This document shows, piece after piece, positions 44,008 to 53,683 of a stretch of DNA of 64,000 nucleotides; positions within the stretch are counted from its first letter, which is position 1, and every line of letters starts with the position of its first letter. Source of the stretch: an uncultured delta proteobacterium. Its GTDB lineage: Bacteria > Desulfobacterota > Binatia > Binatales > Binataceae. Where the stretch lies: NCBI GenBank assembly GCA_963724765.1, contig CAVRVY010000003.1, positions 192,001 to 256,000 of the forward strand, read 5' to 3'. The notes under the pieces are model-generated. The model worked only from the letters and a program-made list of their open reading frames with translations. It ran no database searches and was not told the origin of the DNA. A program made the translations under genes and the position numbers.

Positions 44008-44484
44008 GTGCGTAAAACCCTAATCGACCCGGCAACCGTGCACTCGGAGCTGCGCACCAAACAAGAATGGCTCGATCTCGAAGAGGTGGCCAAAGTTGAA
44101 GTCACATCGGAGGATCCGAGCTTCCCGGTTGAGTCTGCCTTGGTCTCGGGGAAGGGACCGGGCTGGCGGGCGGCCCAAAGAGGTAAGCAGATCATCCGCA
44201 TAATATTCGATAAGCCAACGCGGCTCCGCCGAATCAGACTCGAGTTTTTGGAGATGGAAATCGCGCGGGCTCAGGAGTTCACTCTTCAGTGGTCGGCCGA
44301 GCCAGGCGGGCCATTCAGCGAGATCGTTCGCCAGCAGTGGAGTTTCAGTCCGCAAGGCTCGACAAGTGAAATCGAAGACTATCAAGTCAATTTAGCTACC
44401 GTCTCGATCTTAGAGTTGGCTATTAAGCCCGATCTCACGCCCGACAATGCATTCGCAACCCTGGCAAGGTGGCGCATGATATAA
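44008..44484 (+). CDS. discoidin/galactose-binding-fold-like hypothetical protein
   Basis: VEVTSED..FPVESAL, GWRA, QEFTL.WS, IVRQQW.FSP; GGAG RBS and GTG start. Confidence 0.65.
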   Translation: MRKTLIDPATVHSELRTKQEWLDLEEVAKVEVTSEDPSFPVESALVSGKGPGWRAAQRGKQIIRIIFDKPTRLRRIRLEFLEMEIARAQEFTLQWSAEPGGPFSEIVRQQWSFSPQGSTSEIEDYQVNLATVSILELAIKPDLTPDNAFATLARWRMI

Positions 44485-44670
44485 GGCGGCCTGAGTATGA
44501 ACGGATGACACCGCTCCATTCGCCTATCAAGTTTGGGCGAAACTCATGACCCATAGATCCTATGCACAAGGGCGCGAAGAGTTTCCTGAGACGCAATGGG
44601 ATTTCGTAGAACTCGAGTTGTCACTTGCCGCAGGCGGAGGACGGTCATCTGAGGACTGGGAGGATGGACG

Positions 44671-45030
44671 ATGAACAGTCCAAGCCCACAGCGCCTGCTT
44701 TCGATCGTTGGTGCTATGACGTTAACTTCCCTCATCAACGGCTGCACGCTTTTCACTCCGCAACCGAAAGGACAGATCGTTGTGCAGGCAGTATCCTGGA
44801 CTCTCGTCAAGAAATGGGCTGAACCTGACGCGGGCTTGCCGGGGCACAAGGTGATAGTGCAGAAAGCCGAAGATCACAGCGTCATCGCGGAGAAGACCAC
44901 CAATGCCTCAGGTATCCTCGCATTCGATGTTCCCGCGGGCAGATACATCGTGCTCGGCCTCGGGGATCAGCCCGAAACCATAACCGTCGAATCTGGTCGC
45001 GCAGTCAAGCTGAAATTAGTCGTGCATTAG
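44671..45030 (+). CDS. small lipoprotein with beta-sandwich domain
   Basis: Lipobox INGC; TNASG..F.VPAG.Y motif. Confidence 0.6.
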   Translation: MNSPSPQRLLSIVGAMTLTSLINGCTLFTPQPKGQIVVQAVSWTLVKKWAEPDAGLPGHKVIVQKAEDHSVIAEKTTNASGILAFDVPAGRYIVLGLGDQPETITVESGRAVKLKLVVH

Positions 45031-45354
45031 CGTTGTTTTAGATACGTTGACGGACACAAAGCTCGTTTCGGCTGCTGTATCTAGTGATCATCCTGGCCCA
45101 CGATCGTAGGAAAATTGTGCCATGTCATCCTAAGTCAGACCGCAGGCTGGCCATCACGTCAAGTAATCGCGGCATTCCCGTGGGACACGGCTCCGCGCTA
45201 CCCGCTGCGCGATCGCGACGCCTCGTATGGCCGGTACTTCCAGCCGAGTCGCAGCGATGGGGATCAGGAAGTCATTACGGCGCCGCGTTCTGCCAGGGCG
45301 AAGATCGTTAAGATATAATGCTCATGAACCGATGGGAGTGCGCGGGGATGCCAC

Positions 45355-45762
45355 GTGGATACGCCAAGAACCAAGCGGCAATACGTATGGGAAAAGACTG
45401 GCGGCTTTTGCTGGTACTGCGGAGCACGGCTATACCTACGGGAGGACGCTGACGAAGAGCTCAAAAAGCGGCTCGTGTTCACGGTCGACCATCTGCACCC
45501 TCGCGTGCATGGGGGCCGCGGTCGTGCGAATAAAGTGCCGGCGTGTAAGTACTGTAACTCGCACAAGAGCTGGCGGAGCGTCGAACAATTTCGGGAATGG
45601 GTTCGGGTCCGGCTATCTGGCCAGGCGAAAAACGCTGTTCCTCAGGCCTGGAAGGTCAATGCGGAAGGTGTGATCTTTTACTTTGAGCTTGCCCGTTTTG
45701 GGCACAGCCGGAGAGCAGCGAGAGAGAGCTTAGGGAAACATCCAACGAATTCCGGACCATGA
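45355..45762 (+). CDS. HNH endonuclease
   Basis: CWYCG, TVDHLHP..GG, N.VPACKYCN..K. Confidence 0.85.
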   Translation: MDTPRTKRQYVWEKTGGFCWYCGARLYLREDADEELKKRLVFTVDHLHPRVHGGRGRANKVPACKYCNSHKSWRSVEQFREWVRVRLSGQAKNAVPQAWKVNAEGVIFYFELARFGHSRRAARESLGKHPTNSGP

Positions 45763-45894
45763 GCTTTTTCATTGAGCGTCCATACTCGACAGCAAGGAGG
45801 ACATGCCAAGGATAGCCGATCCGGCGCTGCTCAAGGCGGTGGCGCGAGGCATTGGTTCGAGGAAATCGACTCTGGTCGAGTGCGCTCGGCTGAG

Positions 45895-46345
45895 ACTCGG
45901 CGGTCGGATTGTTCGTCACGCTGATGCTCACCAGTCGCCTGCGGGCGTGACGAAGAATGACCAGGCCGTAGAGCAGCTTGAAGGAGATAGTTCGAACCAC
46001 GAACAGATCGATGGACGCGATCCCAGCGCCATGGTTGCGCAGGAATGTCTTCCAACCCTGGGAGGGTGGCTGCTGCCTCCTGCTCATGTACCTCGCTACG
46101 GTTGATTCGGCGACCTCGATCCCGAGCATCGGCAGTTCGCCGTGTATCCGCGGCGCTCCCCACAGTGGGTTCTCTTTGTGCGACGGCCACCACATCGGCG
46201 GGATTTCCAGCGCCAATAGGCCCGAAAGCCGCACCGATGCCACCGGATCACGGTCGCGGGCTTGACCACGGTGATCGCATTCAGAATCGTTGGGAAGAAT
46301 CGGTACAGCCAGACGAAGATCAGCCGATCGATGTTCCGCAGCCGC
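45895..46345 (-). mobile_element. IS481-like internal remnant
   Basis: ENPLWGAPRIHGEL, SQGWKTFLRNH. Confidence 0.75.
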
Positions 46346-46628
46346 TGTGGCTCCTCAAAACCTGATCGGCGCGGATTGGTGGATGGTTTTGATCGTCTGC
46401 GGATAGGCAGCCTTCATGGGCGACGCCTGTAAGACGAGGACTCCCCGTTGCGTTGTTCATTCGTTGTGGGCACTTGGCAGTCTCCACAGAAGATCGATGC
46501 GATAAACACGGCCGGTGGCCCGTGTCGCGAGGCGAAGGACTCGCGAACTAAGCAGACCAGAGAGCGACTGGATGCGTGCCGGGAAACGAGCGATGTGTGT
46601 GTCTGCCCGGAGAAGGAGCCGGGCAGAC

Positions 46629-47108
46629 ATGAAAAGTAGCCCATCAGACGCCGAGCCCGATAAACTCTACGGCGAACTCGCCAGCCTTCCCGCGCTGGGT
46701 CCGGAGCGATTGAAGGAGCGGTGGCGGATTCTTTACGGCACCGAACCGCCACCCCGCATCAGCGAAGATCTGCTGAGACGCGCGATCGCCTACCGGCTCC
46801 AGGAGCGCGCGTTCGGCGGCCTCAAGCCTTCCACGCGCCGACTGCTCCAGCGGATCGCCGAGGACGCACGACCGCGTTCGTCATCGGCCACGCCAAGACG
46901 CAAGCTCTCTGCGGGCGCGGTTCTGATTCGGGAGTGGCAGGGAACCAGTCATCAGGTGACAGTGCTCGAGGACGGCGTGCTGTTCCGCGGCAAGCGCCAT
47001 CGCTCACTGTCGGAGGTCGCGCGCAAGATCACCGGCAACCGCTGGTCGGGTCCGCTGTTCTTCGGACTCAAGGCACCCGTAGGGGAGAACCACGATGGAA
47101 CGCGGTAA
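46629..47108 (+). CDS. DUF2924 domain protein
   Basis: IAYRLQERAFGGL, LIREWQG, RSLSEVARKITGNRWSGPLFFGL. Confidence 0.9.
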   Translation: MKSSPSDAEPDKLYGELASLPALGPERLKERWRILYGTEPPPRISEDLLRRAIAYRLQERAFGGLKPSTRRLLQRIAEDARPRSSSATPRRKLSAGAVLIREWQGTSHQVTVLEDGVLFRGKRHRSLSEVARKITGNRWSGPLFFGLKAPVGENHDGTR

Positions 47109-48768
47109 ATCTCAGCCTCGCCGTTGCGCCATCTACACCCGCAAGTCCTCCGAGGAGGGGCTGGAGCAGGATTTCAACTCGCTACAGGCTCAACGTGAGG
47201 CGTGCGAGGCGTTCATCAAGAGTCAGCACGGCGAGGGCTGGCGGCTGGTCAGGGCCGCTTATGACGACGGCGGGTTCTCGGGCGGAACCATGGAGCGTCC
47301 GGCCCTGCAGCGGCTGCTGGCCGACATCCGCGAGCGGGTCATCGATGTCATAGTGGTGTATAAGGTGGATCGGCTCACCCGCTCCTTGGCCGACTTCGCC
47401 AAGATGGTCGAGCTGTTCGACGCGCACGCGGTGTCGTTTGTTGCGGTCACCCAGCAGTTCAATACGACCAGCTCGATGGGCCGCCTGACGCTCAACGTGC
47501 TCTTGTCGTTCGCGCAGTTCGAGCGGGAGGTGACCGGAGAACGGATTCGGGACAAGATCGCCGCTTCCAAGCGCCGGGGGATGTGGATGGGCGGCACGGT
47601 AGCACTGGGCTACGACGTTAGCGATCACCGTCTGGTGATCAACCCGGCCGAGGCCGAGACCGTCAGGGAAATCTTCCAGCGTTACCTGGAGCTGCGCAGC
47701 GTGAGGCTGCTCAAGGACGATCTCGACCGACGTGGTATCATCTCCAAGATTCGGCTCTCCAGGAACGGCAACCGCTCGGGAGGGAAGGCATTCTCTCGCG
47801 GCGCGCTCTACGAGTTGCTTTCCAACCCGGTCTACATCGGCGAGATCCGGCACCGCAAAGAACGCCACCCCGGCCAGCACGAGCCGATTATGGACCGTGA
47901 GCTGTGGGAGCAGGCTCAGCGCCAGTTGCGCGATCAAGCGGCCAGGTGTAGAACGCCCGCTACCAAGGCGGGCCCGAGCCCGCTGGCGGGCAAGCTGTTC
48001 GATGCAGACGGCGAATGCCTTTACGTGGCAGGAGCCGCCAAGGGCGAGCGGCGCTATCGATACTATGTCTCGCGCCGCCTAGTCACGGGCTCCGCAGAGA
48101 AGATGCGGAACGGCTGGCGGCTGTCGGGTCCAGAAATCGAGCGAACCGTGGCTGTAGCCGCTCGACAGCTCCTCAATGATCACGCGGCCGTCAGTGCCTC
48201 TGCTTGCAACCTCGGCGTTGGCGCAGGCGATATTCCCGCCGTGCTGGAAGCGGCAGGCGAATGGAGCCGGCGGCTCCAGTCAGAAGCGGATGGCGCGGCA
48301 GCGCTGAGCGGGTTGGTCGACAAGGTAAATCTGAAACCGGGCGGCATCGAGCTTTCGATCAACCTCCCGTTGCCAGTCGATGGTACCCACGGTGCCGCGG
48401 CGATGCTGCCGATTACACAGTTCTTCGCGATACGAATGAAGCGCCGGGGTGTGGAGATGCGGCTCATAATCGGAGGCGCAGACGCACCGCCGCGCAAGCC
48501 TGATGCTGCGCTGCTCAAGGCGATCGCACGGGCCCATCGGTGGTTCGAGGAACTCATTTCCGCCCGGGCGACATCGCTGGCCGCGATCGCCAGCCGCGAG
48601 GGCGTAACTGATCGATACGTCGCCCGCCTCATCCGGCTGGCGTTTCTCGCGCCGAAAATCGTCGAGGCGATCGCCGAGCGCGGAGAACTGGCCGATCTGA
48701 AACTCACCCCGCATGTCGACCTGCCGTTGGACTGGACGACCCAGAAGCGAGCGGTCGGCCTCGAATAG
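47095..48768 (+). CDS. large serine recombinase (intact), probable island integrase
   Basis: CAIYTRKSS catalytic Ser, DGGFSGG, DRLTRS, recombinase domain; points toward tRNA-Ser. Confidence 0.93.
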   Translation: MERGKSQPRRCAIYTRKSSEEGLEQDFNSLQAQREACEAFIKSQHGEGWRLVRAAYDDGGFSGGTMERPALQRLLADIRERVIDVIVVYKVDRLTRSLADFAKMVELFDAHAVSFVAVTQQFNTTSSMGRLTLNVLLSFAQFEREVTGERIRDKIAASKRRGMWMGGTVALGYDVSDHRLVINPAEAETVREIFQRYLELRSVRLLKDDLDRRGIISKIRLSRNGNRSGGKAFSRGALYELLSNPVYIGEIRHRKERHPGQHEPIMDRELWEQAQRQLRDQAARCRTPATKAGPSPLAGKLFDADGECLYVAGAAKGERRYRYYVSRRLVTGSAEKMRNGWRLSGPEIERTVAVAARQLLNDHAAVSASACNLGVGAGDIPAVLEAAGEWSRRLQSEADGAAALSGLVDKVNLKPGGIELSINLPLPVDGTHGAAAMLPITQFFAIRMKRRGVEMRLIIGGADAPPRKPDAALLKAIARAHRWFEELISARATSLAAIASREGVTDRYVARLIRLAFLAPKIVEAIAERGELADLKLTPHVDLPLDWTTQKRAVGLE

Positions 48769-51460
48769 ACCGATTGCTCCAACCATGGGGTCGCCTGCTC
48801 ATTTCCATGTCCGCGTTCACATTGGCCGCAACCGCTCTTGTAATAATCGATGGGGACCTTAAGGCAACGGGCTATGGCCGCCTTCGCCAAACCGGGGCTC
48901 CGCCTCGCGCAACCGACCGGTTGGTTCGATCAGCTTGCTGCGTTGCTGGCTCGGGAGCTTGCGCCCAACTCACGAAAACTCCGCACGGCCCTTCGCATGA
49001 CCACGATTGCCACGCTCGGCGCAGGCCTAGTCGCGAGTTGTCACGTCGACAACGAGCTCGGCACTTACATCGTGTGGCTCCTGGTCGGCGCGGGACCAAT
49101 GATGTCTGTGCGCAAGGCGGGTGCGTTTCTGGTCGCAGAAGCGCTCGCGCTTATCTCATCAGTGGTGATGGCGCGCGCCTTGGCGGAAACGCCGTGGCTA
49201 ATGCTCCCGTTTCTCTTCGCATTGCTTTCATTTTCAACCTACCTAGGAATGATTTGGAAGCTAGGCGCTCCGCTCCTCCTCATCGAGGTGGTCTGCCTCG
49301 ATACTTTCTATGGCGTGGTGTTTGCGCCTCAGGAGATTGGTTGGAGCGCGGCCGGTGCGTTTGGCGGCAGCGTGATCGCCTTCGGCACGCTCGTTCTATT
49401 CGACAACTGGCTGTGGCCCGATCGCGGCGAAGGGATCCTGCTGGAATCGCTGGGAGCGAGCGTCGCGCGCGATCGTTCGCGGCTGCTCGAGGCTTCAAAT
49501 TTTTATCTGGATCGCCGAAGCGCGCCGCGACCGCCGCTGCCACCGCCGACTTCGGATCTTCCCGAACACATGGATCTTCTGAATCGAGCCGTGGCAGAGG
49601 GTGTGTCTGAGCATCGCCATGCGATCCTGCTTGCGGCTGTCACGCGCGTGGCGCGCATTGGTCTTGAAATGGATCGCCTGACCGTCGCGGCGCGCCAGAA
49701 CGTACCAGGAGAAATTCGCGCTATGGTACGGCCCGAGATTCAAGCGACGGTGGAGGCGATCGCGGTGGTATTGGACGAGTTCGCCCGCGAACTGCCGACG
49801 CACATCGCTGTTGGCGTTGACAAAACGCCTCCCGCCTCACGGACCCGCGCGCGATCGACGCTAGACAATCTCAGTGCTCGCATCATCCAGGTCAGACCAA
49901 CATATATCGGCAAGGCGAGTTCCTCAGAGCTCGAGAATTTCGCAGACTTCACCGATTCGCTGGCTGCGCTGACCGGACATATCGAGCGCCTGCTCGATGA
50001 GCCTCCGCAGCCGCCCGCCGCGGCGCCGGCGAATAGCGCGGTTCGGCGGTTGACCGACGCTCCCGATCCTGCCCTTGTCCGCTATTCCCTGAAGGTCGGT
50101 GCCTGCGTGATGATCGGTTATGTGGTCGGCATCGTTAGCCATCGCTCCGAGCTAAACACAATCCTGACGACGGTAATAATAACCGCGCTTCCCACCTACG
50201 GCGCAGCCCTGCGCAAAATGAATCTGCGGATCGTCGGAGCGATAATCGGCGGAGCGATTTCTCTTCTGGCAATCATCATCGTCACGCCCAACTTCGAAAC
50301 TCTTCCGGCTTATCTGCTCGCCGTCTTCGTAGTCTTCTATGTCTCCGCGTACTGCTCTCTCGGCAGCGGACGTGTTGCATACGCAGGAAAGCAGATAGGT
50401 ACGACATTCGCGTTGGTGTTCACCGGCTTGAGCCCTGCCCTCGACATCTATGAGCCGCTCTGGCGTATCTGGGCAATTTTGCTTGGCACGCTTGTCGTAG
50501 CAATCGTCACTTTCGTGTTGTGGCCGGAATACGCCGGTGATTCCTTGTTGCCGAGGCTGCGTAAAGTTATTCGCGATACGCTGGCGCTGGTGCCCGGCGG
50601 TTCCGCCGCGAACACTGAGGATGCGATCCAGCAGCTTAACTCTGGGACCATGCGCGCGCTCGCCGAAATCCTGGAGGTCGCGGATGACGCGCAAGTGGAG
50701 GGCCGCACCAGCACGGTCAACCATAACGCGATCGTCGAGGCGGCCGGAACGCTCCGGCGCATCGCGAACCGGCTGGCCTCAATAGCGACTGGGCGCATAA
50801 TCACTCCTGCGCCGCGACTAGACCCGGTGACCGAATCGGCGCGCGAGGCGGTGCTCGACGCAATTCGTCGGCACCTTCAGTCCTGGCTCGACTTTTTCGG
50901 CGGTGCTGACAGCCTCAGGGCCTCGGCCGCCCAGGCAATCGCACGAGCACACTCAACGGATGATATGAAAATGCCGCTCGAGCAGCTCAGCTCACGGCTG
51001 GAAGAGCGAGAATTCGCGCGAATCGAAGCGTGGACTCTCGAGCAGCGGCGCGCGATCCTAGCTGAATTACACTCGATGCGCCGTCTCGAATACCTGGTCT
51101 CCGAATTGAATCGATGGCTCGCACAAATTCCGGGCCACGCGTCGAACCTCGCGCGCTAAGCCGTGCAAGGCAATTTGATGTCGTCAGGCTTCGGCCGCAG
51201 ATCGTCCGCTCTTCCCGGACATCTGCGATTCGCATGTGCGACCGGCACCATCCTCGTCGCCACCGCTGCACAAGAACCGCCCGCAGGGCCGCTGGTCGAG
51301 CGATCCAACTGCCCGCCTCATCCGGCTGGCGTTTCTCGCGCCCAAAATCGTCGAGGCGATCGCCGAGCGTCGAGAACTGGCCGATCTGAAACTCACCCCG
51401 CATGTCGAACTGCCGTTGGACTGGACGACCCAGAAGCGAGTGGTCGGCCTCGAATAGACC
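48622..51460 (+). repeat. 150-bp direct repeat (48622-48771 / 51311-51460) of the recombinase 3' end
   Basis: Manual comparison gives 145/150 identical bases. Confidence 0.92.
48850..51159 (+). CDS. FUSC/aromatic acid exporter family membrane protein
   Basis: Two TM clusters; YSLKVG, K..LRIVGAIIGG, R...ILLG....VLWP. Confidence 0.8.
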   Translation: MGTLRQRAMAAFAKPGLRLAQPTGWFDQLAALLARELAPNSRKLRTALRMTTIATLGAGLVASCHVDNELGTYIVWLLVGAGPMMSVRKAGAFLVAEALALISSVVMARALAETPWLMLPFLFALLSFSTYLGMIWKLGAPLLLIEVVCLDTFYGVVFAPQEIGWSAAGAFGGSVIAFGTLVLFDNWLWPDRGEGILLESLGASVARDRSRLLEASNFYLDRRSAPRPPLPPPTSDLPEHMDLLNRAVAEGVSEHRHAILLAAVTRVARIGLEMDRLTVAARQNVPGEIRAMVRPEIQATVEAIAVVLDEFARELPTHIAVGVDKTPPASRTRARSTLDNLSARIIQVRPTYIGKASSSELENFADFTDSLAALTGHIERLLDEPPQPPAAAPANSAVRRLTDAPDPALVRYSLKVGACVMIGYVVGIVSHRSELNTILTTVIITALPTYGAALRKMNLRIVGAIIGGAISLLAIIIVTPNFETLPAYLLAVFVVFYVSAYCSLGSGRVAYAGKQIGTTFALVFTGLSPALDIYEPLWRIWAILLGTLVVAIVTFVLWPEYAGDSLLPRLRKVIRDTLALVPGGSAANTEDAIQQLNSGTMRALAEILEVADDAQVEGRTSTVNHNAIVEAAGTLRRIANRLASIATGRIITPAPRLDPVTESAREAVLDAIRRHLQSWLDFFGGADSLRASAAQAIARAHSTDDMKMPLEQLSSRLEEREFARIEAWTLEQRRAILAELHSMRRLEYLVSELNRWLAQIPGHASNLAR

Positions 51461-51681
51461 ATTTCTATGTCCGCGACATCGGCAAACCAGGGTCCCCGCG
51501 GTGTTTAGCCGAAGCAATTGCGAAACCGAACCAACCTGTGTCCGCGGGGAGAGAAGCACTCGCACAGCCTCGAATGACGCCGATATTCGTCCCTCTCTGG
51601 TTCGGTTGAGCGCTCAAAACGGGCCACAAAGGCGGCCATTTCGCCCTGTTCACCGGAGATTGCCGCAACAGCCAGACTCGA

Positions 51682-51773
51682 TGGCGGAGAGGGGGGGATT
51701 TGAACCCCCGAAACCCTTCCGAGTTTACACGCTCTCCAGGCGTGCGCCTTAAACCGGGCTCGGCCACCTCTCC
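51682..51773 (-). tRNA. tRNA-Ser(GGA)
   Basis: Acceptor GGAGAGG/CCTCTCC+GCCA, anticodon arm CACGC-CTGGAGA-GCGTG, long variable arm, GTTCAAATC T-loop. Confidence 0.96.
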
Positions 51774-51952
51774 GCGTGCGGCAGCCAGTATGCCATTTGC
51801 GCGCGCCCGCCTGCCACAGGCCGCTCTGTCGCACGAGGGCACGCGGGCGCGGCCTGCCATGCGCGGGAATTGGTCCGCCGTATACGAGCGCGACCCGCCA
51901 CGCGGAGCGCGGTCTATCGTATGAGCGCGCCTCGGTCCGGCGCGCGCGGACC

Positions 51953-53548
51953 TTAGGGGAAGGTCTGTGGTTGCAACCCGCCGCGTATCGGCACGCCATC
52001 AAGGTGCGCCGCGCGCGAGTTCGCGCGCGCGAACATCAATACCCAGGGATCGCTGTAAATGAGCTTCCAGTCAGGCCGGCGTTCCATCAGCTCGCGCACC
52101 GGAGAGGCCGGCGTCATCAGCACGTAGTCGTGCGGATAAGCATCGAGCACCGCCGCCGCGCGCGGACTACCGAATTTGAAATCGAAATAGTCTCTGATCA
52201 CCGGCATCGAATAGGCAAAGTCGTAGCGGCCGTCGATAAACACTTTCGATGAGGGCGCCATCCGCCAGATGAGATAATCACCCCAGCTGAAGTCACCCAG
52301 CAGATTGCCGCGGAGCTGATGGGCCTGCATGAAATCGACCGCGCCCTTGGGAATTCCGAATTGCACGATCAGGGTGCGCGAAAAGAGCCCGCTCTGCAAA
52401 ACGATCAGCAGGGCGAGCGCGCCCACCAGGATCTCGTTGGAGGCCTGGCGCGGCGCGACCGCCGCCGGATCGCCGAAGCGCCGCTTCTCGAGCACCACTC
52501 CGGCGTGGCGGCATAAGGGCGCCACCGTCACGATCACCGCCAGCGCCATATTGCGCACCGAAAGCCAAGCGCCGAGCGCCATCAGCGCAGCGACCGCGAC
52601 CAGCGCCAAGTCATCGCCGCGCGGCCGGATCACAAAGCAGACCGCGAGCGCGAGCGGCAAGGCGATAACCACGGCGTAATTGAGCGCGGTCCCTGGTGAC
52701 TCGTGCCACTGCTGTACCATCTTGAACAGCAAGGGCTGCCATTCGCTAATGATCGCGCGCGTCATCGGATTCCGTATCGCCCGTGCAACCGCGAGCCAGT
52801 TGCCGAAGCCGTATGGATTGACCAGCGTCGCGGCCGCGCAGGCGAGCGTAACGCCACCCAGCCGAATCGACGTCCGCAAGCCTCGTCCCCGCACGAGATC
52901 CTCGAGCCCGCGAACTCCCGCATAGAGCGCCAGCACCGCCAGCCCGGCAGCCACGCCACCGTGAGTGTTCGCCCACAACGCGAAGATCGGAAGCGCGAGC
53001 CATATCGAGGCGCCGGACGGACGAAAACTGTCGCGCGCAAGCAGCACCATCAGCGCGCTCAACAGCATGAAGGTGAAGAGCTGCGGCCGAAACTGCATCA
53101 TCGGAATCAGCGCGACGCCGGCCACCGTCAGCACCGCGAGCTGAATCCGGACCGAGGCGCGGGTCTCTGCCGCAGCAAGCGCCATCAGCGACACGGTCAC
53201 CGCCGTCGCGGCAAACTTCATCAGCTTCAGCCCGACGACGCCGAAAGTGTCATAGGCGAGAGCGAGCAGCGCTTCGGCGAGCCATTCAGGATCGCGCCAG
53301 AGATATCCGGGGGCACTGTAGGACCAGGGATTTCGCGCCGGCGCGTGCCCGAGCGTGAGGACGAGCTGACCGAAGCGGATGTGGCCCCAGAGGTCGGGAT
53401 CGGCCCAACGGCCGACGTCGGTGACCGCGATGATAAAGGCGATGAGCGCCGGTGAGTAGCGCAGCAGCGAGACTGCGGCCGGCCTCGCGGCGCCGCTGAC
53501 TTCGAGTGCGCCGCCGCCGTTGTTCGCCGCGTCCGCTTCCATCCCCAC
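51953..53548 (-). CDS. GT-C-like polytopic membrane protein, paralogue 4
   Basis: DPDLWGH, EWL, RPQLF, WAN.HGG, NPYG, EWQP, WG.YLIW, FIDGRYD. Confidence 0.75.
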   Translation of the reverse strand: MGMEADAANNGGGALEVSGAARPAAVSLLRYSPALIAFIIAVTDVGRWADPDLWGHIRFGQLVLTLGHAPARNPWSYSAPGYLWRDPEWLAEALLALAYDTFGVVGLKLMKFAATAVTVSLMALAAAETRASVRIQLAVLTVAGVALIPMMQFRPQLFTFMLLSALMVLLARDSFRPSGASIWLALPIFALWANTHGGVAAGLAVLALYAGVRGLEDLVRGRGLRTSIRLGGVTLACAAATLVNPYGFGNWLAVARAIRNPMTRAIISEWQPLLFKMVQQWHESPGTALNYAVVIALPLALAVCFVIRPRGDDLALVAVAALMALGAWLSVRNMALAVIVTVAPLCRHAGVVLEKRRFGDPAAVAPRQASNEILVGALALLIVLQSGLFSRTLIVQFGIPKGAVDFMQAHQLRGNLLGDFSWGDYLIWRMAPSSKVFIDGRYDFAYSMPVIRDYFDFKFGSPRAAAVLDAYPHDYVLMTPASPVRELMERRPDWKLIYSDPWVLMFARANSRAAHLDGVPIRGGLQPQTFP

Positions 53549-53683
53549 CCCGCGGCATCATCCTAGCCGCGGCTCCGGGCTTCTCAAAGCCCCCGCCGGT
53601 CTACAGATGCTGCGTGAGATACCACGCGAGATGCCACGCGGAAGATCGCATCGGCGGTCAGCCGCGCCCCGCCCAGGGTGCGA

